NCBI RefSeq assembly: GCF_964355755.1
Contig: NC_092673.1
Span: 9,672,001 to 9,736,000 of the forward strand
Direction: 5' to 3'
DNA: 64,000 nt
Source: Antedon mediterranea
Taxonomy: Eukaryota > Animalia > Echinodermata
The position numbers and the translations under genes were made by a program. The notes under the pieces are model-generated. The model did no database searches and was not told the DNA's origin. It saw nothing but the letters and a program-made list of their open reading frames with translations. Positions within the stretch are counted from its first letter, which is position 1; each line of letters starts with the position of its first letter. This document shows positions 26,101 to 38,089 of the stretch, piece after piece.

Positions 26101-26546
26101 GGTGTGATTTTGGGAATTACAAAGTGATCCTATGCTGGTTATTAGGAACCTATGTCTGGGTCATTTGAGGGCAAAATAAAGTCTCTACAGACATTTTAGT
26201 CACATTGTATATGCAAACATTGGGAAATGGGGTTGAAGGTCAAATGTTGTACTTCCGGTCATTTTTTCGTAAAATGTTTCATTAGAGTAAATATAAATAT
26301 ATACATTTTGAATAGATCAGTGAAAATATCAACTCTCTCGGACTAGTAGTTTTTGAGATATGGTAACCCTGTAATTTCACCCTAATTTGCATATTTAAGC
26401 TAATTTGCATATCATCGGGATGAGTGACAGAGGTGTGATGCTCAAATTTTGATCTCCTCATCATATATGACCATTTAAAAAAGAAAAATCTCTGTTTGCA
26501 ATTTGTTTCACTTTGGGCTGTTTTTTTTGCTAGATTGACTAGCCTA
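23190..26546. mobile_element. Academ-like foldback element, 3-bp TSD TTA, arms built of ~345-bp tandem units
   Basis: TTA|TAGGCTAGTCAATCTAGCA...TGCTAGATTGACTAGCCTA|TTA. The empty site CTCAGTTAGGGG is seen in the intact MITE copy. Units start at ~23331, 23674, 24020 and 24365 and are inverted in the right arm. No ORF. Confidence 0.8.
25311..25390 (-). mobile_element. L2-type LINE 3' tail inserted in the foldback element
   Basis: Minus strand TGTACAGCGCTTAGAG...GGCGCTATATAAATCC...(TTA)n is the characteristic L2 3' stem-loop plus tail. Confidence 0.65.
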
Positions 26547-26752
26547 TTAGGGGATGCGTCTTATACACAGGTGTGACTTATACACCGAAATATACGGTAT
26601 ATCTAAAGGTTTTAAGTTTATCCCCCAAGGGCACATCAATTTAAGTACTTATGTTAAACCAAATAGTTATACTGTTAAAGACAGATATTCATTCATCATT
26701 CATTCATTCATCACAACGTATAATAATTAGGTGATATGGATGAAAATTTATA

Positions 26753-26986
26753 ATTACTAATTAAATTGAGTTAGATAATTAGTTATTGACAATTAAAACG
26801 AATTTAGGTTCAACAATTTGCTCCAAATAGGGGTGTTTTCCGATCATGGTATACACTGTCTAATGGATGTCCATCTTGAAAAATACCCACACACAACAAT
26901 ATGAGGTTGAACAGCTCGAGTACAGCATCATATTGTTGAAGACAGGCCGATTTTCTTTAAAAAATACTATTTTGATAGATTTAATA
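26753..26986. repeat. Dispersed repeat, direct copy at ~50275-50566
   Basis: TTACTAATTAAATTGAGTTAGATAATTAGTTATTGAC...GACAGGCCGATTTTCTTTAAAAAATACTATTTTGATAG is shared. The second copy has an extra internal segment. Confidence 0.8.
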
Positions 26987-27039
26987 TCTTCCCATATTCG
27001 ATCAAGTACAGATAACTCTTTGTTATTGTATTGGATCAT

Positions 27040-27850
27040 TTTTTATTCTGTCTTCCTTTTTTGTAGCATTACTTTTAAAACGTGTAAACAGAACATATCG
27101 TAACTTTGTCAACATATCGACATTTACGTGAAGTTTTGCACCTCCTATTTTTTTACGTCAGAGTTGCGCAACATGCCTTGCGCGGGATTTATGAATATCA
27201 ATGATTGATCATAGAATAAAAACCAAAAGTCATTTTGTATTGGCATTTGGTGAAAATTTAATTCATATCAAGAGTCAACTTTCTGTGGATTAAAAATGGC
27301 ATATTTCACACTTCTTCAGGTCATAATGGCATAATCTTTTTTGTGCGCAAAATTCTAACATATGATGTGCACGTGATTTGTCGTTCGTATAACTAACCAA
27401 TCTAGTTATTTATATTATACTTATTTCTTTTTCCCCCAATTTTGTTGTCTTGCATATCTCTAAAACTTGTAAACATAACATTTTATAACTTTGTCAACAT
27501 ATGGACATTAACGTGAACTTGTGCACCTCCTATTTTTTTAATGTCACGAGTTGCGCAAATGACTTGCATGCGATTTTATGAATTTTTATGAAAGATCATA
27601 GATTAAAAACCAAGCTTAATTTTTTATTGACACTTTGTGAAAATTTAAGTCATATCAATGGCAAACTTTCTGTAGATTAAAAATGGCATGTTTCACAAAA
27701 AGTTACGTGCGCACCATGCATTTAAAATTATAAAATGCGCAAAAATAATTTCAACTTTCTACGCGGATCATGATATTTTGTGCATGTAAAAAAAATTGCG
27801 TGTACAAAGTATGAAAATCATGTTTTTTCTCTCTTGAATTATGATTTTTT
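27040..27850 (+). mobile_element. Decayed fragments of the HINE family seen at 6047 and 35771
   Basis: Shares TCTCTAAAACTTGTAAACATAACATTT, TGATCATAGA(A/T)TAAAAACCAA and AAGTTACGTGCGCA blocks, with an eroded CTAGTT end at ~27400. Confidence 0.65.
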
Positions 27851-27869
27851 TTTGGTCTTAGTGCTTTTT

Positions 27870-28420
27870 GCGCTCATTTTTTCCAAACGTCTAAAAAATA
27901 TCCAAAAAGTTCCCGTCTTTAAATAATTCGTAACTTTTGAATCAGTGTACGAATTGACTTCTATTTTTCTGCATTGCATAGAATGTAATATGTATTTATT
28001 TAAGTAAGATTATTAATATTGACACAGGTAGTCATTTCTGAAATACAATATAAAATATTGTTAAAAATGTAAAAAAAAATTTATTGTGTTAAAAAACTGT
28101 GTTGGTATTGTTTCTTTTCATTAAATATTATTTTTCGTAAGTACCGGTATACATTTTTTTTATAATTCTAGAATTTAAATTTTTAATTATAATCACAAAT
28201 ATTATTTTTATTGATTTCCGAACCGCTAAAAATAAGAATTAAGCCCGTGCTTATTATGTGTTCGATTCCATTTGAGCGCCGGGCCAGGCGTAGACTTATC
28301 CTTTTATTTAGAGTCCTCCTTTTTAACTCGCATTAAATATTTAATAACCATAGATTAAAAATAAATATATATAAACCCTTAAACAAGATGTTACCAGACA
28401 TATAATTTTATTTCACATGG
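27870..28420 (+). mobile_element. Internally deleted fragment of the 327-2362 element
   Basis: Matches ~695-1110, then jumps to ~2140-2260 after GCGCCGGGCCAGGCGTAGACT. Confidence 0.75.
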
Positions 28421-28560
28421 GTACATAAAATTCTTCCGCAGTATGTTGATTCCAGTCAACCAATCAAAAGGCCAGAATCCAAATTCGACTGAGCCCTCAC
28501 AGACTCTCTTTTCCCAGACGATTTTTGGGTCCAGCAGCTTGGACCTATCAATTAGTCATG

Positions 28561-28810
28561 TTAATAATAATAATAAATGAGAACTTATATAGCGCCGGTA
28601 TCCTCCACCCATGTGGCGCTCATGGCGCTTTGTGCATTAACAACGTGCGAGAACATCAGCAAATAGCGACGTCTTTAGGTTGGTCTTGAAACTGTTTAGA
28701 CTAGTTGAGCATTTAACTGTTGCTGGTAAGCTGTTCCATACACTTGCGGCCGCAACGTAAAAAGATCTCTGACCCCACTGATTTTTCGCTCTACGCTTTA
28801 TATTGATGAC
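28561..28810 (-). mobile_element. L2-clade LINE 3' end fragment
   Basis: WGQRSFYVAAASVWNSLPATVKCSTSLNSFKTNLKTSLF (ORF2 C-terminus) is followed by GGCGCTATATAAG and a (TTA)n tail. Confidence 0.8.
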
Positions 28811-29259
28811 ATAATAAAAATTAAAATTTGTGTAACTCATGTGAAAGAGAATTGATTGAGAAAGAACATATTAAAATCTAGGAGAAAATAGGGAACGCAT
28901 TAGCGCGATGTGCTCTAAATTGGAATAACTAGTACAAAATAGAAGAAAAAAAATATATTTTTTAAATTATATAATCCATAACGAATACATTTTAAAAAAT
29001 GGGTGTAACAAGCCATCCTGAGGAGCTATAACTGATTAAAAATAGGTATAGGTAGGCACAAATTTGCTTTAAATTACACTATTCTTTAGCACACGATTAT
29101 TAAGTTTAACGTACACTGTGCATCGTTATTTTTTTTATTAAAGTTCATCAAAATAATAAAATCTACTACAGAAGGTATGAAAAACAAAAATTAATTGCAA
29201 AAACCATTTTTCTATGCTTTTTACGAGCTGTGCGCACAAGTGCGGGTGCAAAACAAAAA

Positions 29260-29625
29260 GAATATGTCGTAGGAGATGTTTTTTGTATCGCCGTTTTAGT
29301 GGTTCCAAAATTCCCTAATCCATTGGTTGGATACACTGGTTGCATTTGGTGGTAAATATTCCACCCAGACATTTCCATCTTCTGAAACAAGGTCCTTATT
29401 CGATGGATGTGATGGTGCATTGTCCAGTAGGAGCAGGATCTTGTATGGGACATTGTTTTCCTGACACCATCTACGAACAGTCGGAACAAACTCTTTATGG
29501 AACCATTGCTTAATTTTGATGCATCCATTCAAGCTTTGTGTTGGTTGTAATACCTTACTGGAAGGCTGGACATGTCATCGTTCTTGTAGCAACAAGGTTT
29601 TTTTGAATTGTGGATAAATATAGAC
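29260..29625 (-). pseudogene. pogo/Tigger DDE transposase fragment (disrupted)
   Basis: WFHKEFVPTVRRWCQENNVPYKILLLLDNAPSHP...VEYLPPNATS-(frameshift)-QPMD*GILEPLKRRYKK are diagnostic DDE_1 pogo/Tigger motifs. Confidence 0.85.
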
Positions 29626-29879
29626 TGCCTGGATCGTTTCGAAACCATGGCTAAAATGAAATGACTTGCCCAAAGTCGCTATAAGCTAAACGGATGCTCC
29701 TCCCCATCGTCAATTAATTAATAAAAAAATATTTGTGAACATAAACAATTATCATTTTAAACAAAGCCTAGCTGTTAAATAAAACAATCTAGAATTAAAT
29801 GTTTATTCCTTTATCGGGGTTTTATTAAACATGACGGTAAAATAAAAAACAACTGATAGCATCCAATACACACATTCTT

Positions 29880-30604
29880 TAGTGATTTATATCGTATAAG
29901 TCGAAGTCACAAATCACGCTAAAAAAGCTGATGAAACGTACGTAATTCGATAAACAAATGACAGAGGAAATAATGTGGGACCATATTGGTTCTCTCAAGC
30001 AGGTTGTATAGTATAGGCGGCGTCATACAACTCGCGCTAGTGTATAGTGTATGAGTTGTTTCAGAGTTGAGAACTTGAGCGGCGTTTTGTGACTACCCAT
30101 TTTGTGCCAGACAATAATAAATAAACAATGGATACCGATTTCGAATAAGAACCGAAATGTATTTATTACACTGTACGTTTTCGTATTGTTTCCGGCTTAA
30201 ACCATAAAAGAAAATAGAGTTTATCATTGCCGATAAAAGAGGCTTAGCATTTATTGGGCCTAGCTAGCTAGCTAGCTAAGCAAACTCAATTCAAGAAGAC
30301 TCATCGCGTGGGCCGCGATCGCGACAGGGCAGGGTATAGGCCTAGACATAACGCGGCTAGTGAGTGAACCTAGGCCTAGAATTTTTTTGGCAAATCTGTA
30401 GTGTAAGTCGAAGTTCGCGTAACTCAAATTTTTATACTGGTCCTATTAGATTCGACTTAGGCGGAGTCGACTGTATAAGGAACATAAAAAGGTATGTAGA
30501 ACGTTTAATCATCGAAATAATGACGTTATCGTTCGTCGGTCAATGACGTCATCACTCAAAGAGCGTTCGTAAAATAGAAGGTTCATAAATGAGAAGGTCG
30601 ACTG
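29880..30604. mobile_element. Two adjacent Tigger/pogo-type termini
   Basis: TTCGACTTAGGCGGAGTCGACTG|TA ends at 30473 and GAGAAGGTCGACTG|TA ends at 30604. Internal TAAGTCGAAGT motifs. Partner termini not found. Confidence 0.55.
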
Positions 30605-31636
30605 TATTTATAAAATATATGCAATATATATCTATAATATAATAATATATAAAATATATCAGTTCTTACTAAAAGGATAATTATAATCGTTTATTTGCTA
30701 ATCGCCCGAGAACCGCACCATTTACCCTAGTGCGTCCTATACAAATTAGCGCGACCAAAATAAAACGCGACCGATATCAAACGTAACTAATATGATAAAA
30801 AGAGTATCTAGCAGCGCTCCATACAAAATACCGGATGTTGATTTTATCGCGACAGATTTCAAGCGCTACCGATGTCATCCGACACCTGAGTAAGCCAAAA
30901 TTTGGGTTCGAGTTGGCATGGAATGGGTACGGGTTGACCTGTAGATGTGTGACTGAAACGGCCACCAAAATTTTCTATGGGACGCCAATACCGCCACAGC
31001 TACAACAAGCCAATGCAGTATTATAAACGTACAGTAAAGCCTATGAAACCATGATGGAGGAACAAATAATTGAAACCAACTAATGTTTAAGAATAAAATC
31101 AAAGAATAAACGTATTTTTTAGTTAAGTTTTTATTAAAATAATATTTATTATAAGAATTCACCATTCTAAATTTATTTAATGTATTCAAACAAATACTGT
31201 ATCATTTATTGAAGTTGAAATAGGCAAAACAAATACGAATGTACTGTAATAATATTAATATATGTTATGTAGTAAAGCTATTACTTTATTATAGTATAGG
31301 TCTATAGTGAATTCAATAACATATGAAAATGTGGAATCATATTCAAACATTCTAACATGCCAATAAAGCATTTTAAATAAAGTTGTGTCCTATTGTTTTA
31401 CTATTATGTGTATCAACAACACCTTCGCGGGGCTAATTGTTTTGAATTTATGTTAGATGTTAGCGCATTAACCGCGCCTAATCACATTTTCTGTGGAGCC
31501 CCGAGTATCGGCGTCATCTAACATACATAAAGACAATAATCTATTATTTGCACAGAAATGCCACGCACTTTTTGGTGCTTGAGTTTTCGTTAAAATGGAT
31601 TTTTTTTCATTCATTACTTTGTATCAAATTATCAAC

Positions 31637-34262
31637 ATGAACGCTTGTATTGAATGCCAACAACCAGTTATCGAGAATCAAGAAGGACTGCTATGTGAGG
31701 AGTATGATAGTATAGTGACGCGAGCTGAGTATTTAAGAGGAGTGGAAAATGGTTACATTGAGTGGAGTTGCCGACAATGTTCTGAAAATGATCAACCGAT
31801 GCCAGATGAAATCGATGTGTTTGCCGTCGACCTTGGACAGTTTGTTGAGCCAGAAGTACATCAGGAAGTCGAGAGGAGAATCCTTATCCACAACCGAATC
31901 CTGTGGCAGGAAATGACGACGAGGGTGATGAAATCCAGTACGTAGTGGAGGAAGGCACATCGGCGAAAGGAAATGTAAGGGTGTATTTTATATAGCTCTT
32001 TTCATAGTTCAGAATTGATTTTGTTATTAGCAGAAATGCAATAATTCTCTGTCTAGGATTGAAAAATAATTGATTTAATTTACATTCTTATTGTTATTTT
32101 AAATAATTATACCGTATTAGATATAGTATTTGTTTCACAGTGCTTTACACATGTTATTCTTAATGTAATAATGTAAAGTAATATACGGAAGAAGAAGTGA
32201 GGCAGGTCCAATTATAAATCAATATTTTTAACTTTATTTTTTGTTGATCTTCTGAAGCAAGTTCCAAATGTTGAAACATGATTTGCCTAACTTTTCTTTG
32301 CGTTTGATTTATTATCATATGACATTTTTTTTAACAGGCAACTTTGATAGATAGCCTAGGATACCAATATACAAAGAAGGTTGATCGGAGGAGGGCTAAC
32401 ACAACTTGGAGGTGCTACCGTAGGACTCCTGCTTTAACCTGTAAAGCAACGGTTTTAGAAAGAGATGGGGTATACACTAGAGGACTCCACGAGCACATAT
32501 GCGGGATGATGCCAGGTACTGTATGCATTTATAGTTTTTATCATCTCATCTACATTTTTTTAATTCAGCAATATATATGCATGGCAAAATCAATTTTTTT
32601 ATAAAGTACAGCACGTATATCTGTTCCGAAAACTGTTCGAGTTTCTCGACGTTTCGATCAATATAAATTGACCATTAAAAAAAAACTTATAACATGTTTG
32701 CAAATCATGCACTTTTACTCAAAATGATCGTGAATTAATTATTAATAATGTGTGTATTTCTTTTTCCCTTTCTTGTTTACTCTACAGGACGTGGTAAGGT
32801 GGCCGTAATCAAGATAAAAGCTACAGCTCTGGAACAACTTTTCAACTCAGCAGCTGAAATCGTGGACACCATAATGCGTGATGACATCGGTGTTGGGCAA
32901 ATTGCTTTTCATCCTACTCTGCCTAAACCTTCCAGCCTCGCAAGACAAGCCAACTTACGAAGAAAGTTGTCTAGACCAAGGCATCCGTCCAACTTGCAAT
33001 TTGAACTCCAAAACCAACACATAGCATTAGCACCAGGCTTTCTTCGAGATGATGTGGTCATTGATGGTGGGCGGCATGTTTTATTTGCAACTGATGCTAT
33101 GATGGACATACTGGCAAGAGCAAGAGTGTGGTAAGAATTTTTCCTGTACACTTTCATTTTGTTTAAATTACAATGTACATACTTGTCTTGTTTCATTAAC
33201 ATTCTTATAACATTTTTAAAACTATCTTTACAGGTACTTGGATGGTACGTTTAAGTTGATAAGAGATCCGTTTTATCAGCTATTCAGTATTCACAGCTTT
33301 ATCAGGATGGGGACATTGGTGAAGCAAGTACCGCTACTATTTGCTGTGATGTCAGGCAAGAGGAGTGTGAACTATACGGCCGTGTTGCGCTCTGTTATGC
33401 GGATGTTGCCGAAAAACAACGTGGTGGCAGACTATGAGGCATCTATATGGGAGTCTATTCGCCAAGTACTACCAAATGTTGAAATTGCTGGATGTCTTTT
33501 TCATTACACACAGGTATGTGATGTCTTTTATTTATTGTTTTTATTTTTACAACAAAGACAACCTTGTTATCTTAATTTGAATGCGTTGTTCGGCGTTTTT
33601 CGTTTAATTTTCTTAACTAACAATTTAATTTTTCTCTCTTACAGGCAATCTTTCGAAAGGTGCAGGATGTCGGTCTGCAGAGAGCGTACCGCCAACAAGC
33701 AGCAACGCGACTTTTCATCAGACAACTTATGGCTCTTCCAACGCTACCAGTGGAACATGTGGAGGCTGTCTTCAGACGGATGCGACGCAACGCCGGAACA
33801 ATCGCCTCAACTCCAGGAACTTCTCACTTACATGGACGACTAGTGGATTAATGGTGACATCTACAGTCCAATGGATTGGGTGATATTCCGACAGCAAATT
33901 CGTACCAACAACGATTTGGAAGGTTACCACCAACGCCTCAATCACAGAGCTAAACGAGGTAAGTTAGTTTTTTATGTTCTTTTAAATATAGTTTGTTATT
34001 TAACATTGTTTTTTTCTCCTTTACAGCGCACCTTCACTTCTACTTGCTGTGTAAGCTTCTTCACGAGGAGAGTGAGATGGTCGCCATCAATGCAGAGCTC
34101 ATTTTTAGAGAGGTTGAGATCCGAAGACAGTCACGACATGCCGTCATTGCAACACAACGATTGAACGGATACTGGGACGAGTACATAAGAGGTGCACGAA
34201 CTGCAAGATCGTTGCTGTTAGCATCAAGCCGTGTTATCAGCCGAAACGCACGTAATCCTTAG
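31637..34262 (+). pseudogene. Spliced PHD-FLYWCH-MULE transposase gene, 7 exons, disrupted
   Basis: GT-AG exons at about 31637-31974, 32338-32515, 32788-33130, 33234-33513, 33645-33958 and 34027-34262, with compatible phases at all five introns. The first segment is frameshifted and may hide a further boundary, so the count is 6-7 exons. Motifs: CIECQQP..CRQC (PHD-like), GYQYTKK..WRC..CKA..HEH (FLYWCH), WYLDGTFK..FYQLFSIH..DYE..GCLFHYTQ, RTNNDLEGYH. Lesions: frameshifts near 31880 and 33790 and TAG at 33841. Confidence 0.9.
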
Positions 34263-34529
34263 TATCTAAATCAAGACTTCACTAATACAAATAGTGTAAT
34301 ATTTAATTAACGTTGCTAGTGTATAAACATATTTTTTAAGCACTTACTATTGTGATTTAAGGTATTTTGAAAAATAAAGTAAATCAGTTCTCTATAATTA
34401 CTAGACTCTATGCAAACAAACTTATTTAAGCAATCTGATTATTATTTTATTATTATTTTTAATGATTATTGAAATCTATTGTACTGTGCATATATGAAAT
34501 AAATTAATTATAAAGTTCGTTTTGATTCA

Positions 34530-35230
34530 TAATACATAAATAAATCGGTTTACAAAAGTGAAACACGTTGTTTCCTTTAATCGTTTATTAAACCCAAGTG
34601 AAATAAAGAATAATTTGGGTATAAAAATAAATTGGATTAGTGAATACACTACACTTGTTGAAGCAATTCCAAAAATGTGGATAAATGTAATTAAGAAAAA
34701 CAATAAACAGGTAAATAATATGGTTACAAAATGTGACGTAATCGATACAATTTTAGGAACGACCACAAAAGATGCATATTTATACTTTGTCGACAGCATT
34801 TTTATTCCTCCTCAATGTATACGTAAATGGGAGAATGTCTTTACAATTACAATAAAATGGCCAGAAGTTTGGAAACAAAAAGTATTAAATGAAAAAAACA
34901 AAAAATATGCACAATTTAATTATAAATTGTTGAATCGAACTATTCCTACCAATAGTCGATTATATATGTGGAATATTAAGAGTACTAGTAAATGCAATAA
35001 TTGTGATGCCTTTGACGATGAAAAACACATGTTCTTTGAATGTCCAGGTAACAAGAATTTATGGAGAAATATACATAAAATTTTTTTAAATATTGATGGT
35101 AGTAAAAGCTCTTTTAAAGAGCTCATTCTTGGCAGTGGAAATTGTACAAAAAACCAATTATATACCATCGCTACCTATTCTATTTATAAAATAAAAATAT
35201 AAAATGAATTTAAAAAAACTGTTTTGTCAA
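34530..35230 (+). mobile_element. L1/Tx1-clade LINE 3' fragment (zf-RVT region)
   Basis: ORF 34558-35202 contains EAIPKMW...QFNYKLLNRTIPTNSRLYMWNIKSTSKCNNCDAFDDEKHMFFECP (C-terminal CCHC). Confidence 0.85.
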
Positions 35231-35770
35231 AATCCATGGGTGGTCTTTAAATCTAATGAAGTTGATATGACTGCCGTAGGTTTGATTTAAATGTGTTTTA
35301 TTATATTTATTTTACCATACAATGTAGCATAATTATATTGCATGAATTAATTTTAAATATATTCAGTTTATATTACACAACAAAATAGAAAAAAAAAGAA
35401 AATGTATTTATTAAAAATAAGTATGTAACAAAAATATGAAATAAATGTGAATGAATCTCACAAAAGAGAAGAGAAAAAAAAACTGTAATATAATATTTAA
35501 TGTTATGTGAAATAAAAATAATGATCTGTTTTAATATTAAAGCCATGACCACCATTAATTGTAAACAATTAATTTGAATAAAATGTCCTTGTTTGTATGT
35601 TGAATAAAATGTCCTTGTTTGTATTTTGAATAAATTTGTGTTTTTAGTGTCTGTGTGTGTATTGTTTGTAATTAAAGTTGCTATTGTTGCGTTGAATCGA
35701 TTGTGTTGAGTTTGTGATGTGAACGCGGTAAACGCCCTAAGTTGTCTTCTTAACTAACGTAAATGTTATT

Positions 35771-38042
35771 AACTAGATTTGAACTCGTCACTACGGACGA
35801 GTTAGGTTATCCGCAGCGCAAAGGCCACGCGCACGTCATACGTTAGAATATTGCGCGCAGAAAAACGATTATGCCATTGAAACAATTTAGTGCGCTCTCT
35901 ATTTTGCGTCACGTCTAAGTATATATGGTATACACTATATACTGTATATGTACTACATACAGTGTAGAATAGGTGAAAATAAGTGACCAAAGTTATTGAC
36001 GCTTTTGAACATGATGACGTCATAAACATTTTAAAAATGGTAAATCGTGCGAAAGATAATTGATTGAACTAGACAATATAAAAAAATGGGGGAAAATGGA
36101 ATACGGATAAGTGGCGATGCGCTCTATTAAATGTCATGAGCTATGACGAAAGAGACAAAAATCCTATATTTCATATTTGAGTGGCCATACGATGACGTCA
36201 CAATGTCCGGTTAGCCATATCGATGCATTATTCTATATCTACAACTCATCTACTTTTGACAAATTTTTTAACTTTTTTATCAAAAACGCGCGCGAATTGT
36301 TCAATTCGACGTGCTCGTATGACGTGATTTTAAGTCGAAATTGTTTGAAAGTTGGTAAAATTACTAGAGAAGGCTGAAAAAACAAAAATCAAGCAAAAAT
36401 ACATGTTTTTGGCCTACGTGCGCACGCGCGCGTAAAAATATTGCGCACTCGTGGGAATTTTTTAAATGCTCAAAATGACATGAAACGCGTAGAAAGTTGA
36501 TTAGAAATGGATTTTTCGCAATTTGAATTTTTAAACGCGCGTGCGCGTGTAACTTTCTGGGAATCCATAGAAAGTTTGCGCTTGATATGACTTAAATTTT
36601 CACCAAGTTTCAATACAAAATGACTTTTGGTTTTTAATCTATGATCAATCATTGAAATTCATAAAATCGCGCGTAACTTACGCTGCGCAACTCCGAAATC
36701 GTCCAAAAGCTTGGCTGCACATCTACAGCTATAGGTCAATCTTATGACAAAGTTATACAATCTTATGTTGGCCAGAATTAGAGATATGCGACCAACAAAA
36801 TTTGTGGAAAAAAAGAACATAGAAAAACTAGATTTGAACTCGTCACTACGGACGAGTTAGGTTATCCGCAGCGCAAAAGGCACGTGCACGTCATACGTTA
36901 GAATATTACGCGCAGAAAAACGATTATGCCATTGAAAAAATAATAGTGCGCACTCTATTTTGCGTCACGTCTGAGTATATACGGTATACACTATATACTG
37001 TATACGTACTACATACAGTGCAGAATAGTGAAAAGAAGTGACCAAAGTTATTGACGCTTTTGAACATGATGACGTAATAACAATTTAAAAAATTGTAAAT
37101 CATGCGAAAGATAATTGATTGACCTAAACAATATAAAAAATGGAGGGCAATGTAATACGGATAATTGGAGATGCGCTCTATTAAATGTGATAAGCTATGA
37201 CGAAAGAGACAAAAATCCTATTATTTATATCCGAGTGGCCATACAATGACGTCACAATGTCCGGTTAGCCATATTTATGCATGATTCGATATCTACAACT
37301 CATCTACTTCCAGAATATGTAATTTAAAAAAAAGTTCACTACGTAGTTTAAAATTTATGACTGTTTAAAAAAAGGTCTAATTTTGACGGAATTTTTGAAC
37401 TTTTTCATAAAAAACGCGTGCAAATTATCCAATTCTACGTGCTCGTATGACGTGATTTTAAGTCGAAATTGATTGAAAATTGATAAATTTACTAGAAAAG
37501 GCTGAAAAAACCAAAATCAAGCAAAAAAATTATGTTTTTGCACTACGTGCGCACGCGCGTAAAAATATTGACATGAAACGCATAGAAAGTTGATTAGAAA
37601 TTGATTTTTCGCATTTTGAAATTTTAAACGCGTGTGCGCGCGTAACTTTTTGTGAAACATGCCATTTTTAATCCATAGAAAGTTTGCGCATTATATGACT
37701 TAAATTTTCATCAAGTTTCAATCAAAAACGACTTTTAGTTTTTATTCTATGATCAATCATTGAAATTCACAAACTTACGCTGCGCAACTCCGAAATCGTC
37801 CAAAAGCTTGGCTGCACTTATGACAAAGTTATACAATGTTATATGTGCCAGAATTAGAGATATGTGACCAACAAAATTCGTGGAAAGAAAGAAGAACAAA
37901 GAAAAAGAAAAAAAAAGAAAAAAAAAAAAGATCCTGACAATAACAAGGGGTTATCCGCCAAGTGCGGATAACCAAAAAAAAAAAGAAAAAAAAAAAGATC
38001 CTGACAATAACAAAAGGTTATCCGCCAAGTGCGGATAACCAA
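35771..38042 (-). mobile_element. Helentron-type HINE pair, reverse orientation (inner copy ~36826-37975)
   Basis: Minus-strand heads TTGGTTATCCGCACTTGGCGGATAACC occur twice (ending at 38042 and ~37975). 3' ends GCGGATAACC-T-AACTCGTC...GACGAGTT...CTAGTT lie at 36826 and 35771. The body is homologous to 6200-7737. Confidence 0.85.
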
Positions 38043-38089
38043 TTATATGTTATATAATTTAATTGCGAACATGATGACATTCCGCAACG

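Larger units (their letters stand above)
22390..26597. mobile_element. Second (inverted) copy of the mariner/pogo MITE, split by the 23190-26546 insertion
   Basis: TA|CCGTATATTTCGGTGTATAAGTCGCAC at 22390. The body is the reverse complement of 10235-11064. It resumes at 26550 and ends ATACACCGAAATATACGG|TA. Confidence 0.9.

Noticed and set aside
32641-32685. Minus-strand GGTCAAT-TTAT-ATTGATC-GAAACGTC hammerhead half in a MULE intron
   Set aside because: The CTGANGA box is absent (replaced by a T-run), so it cannot be called a ribozyme.
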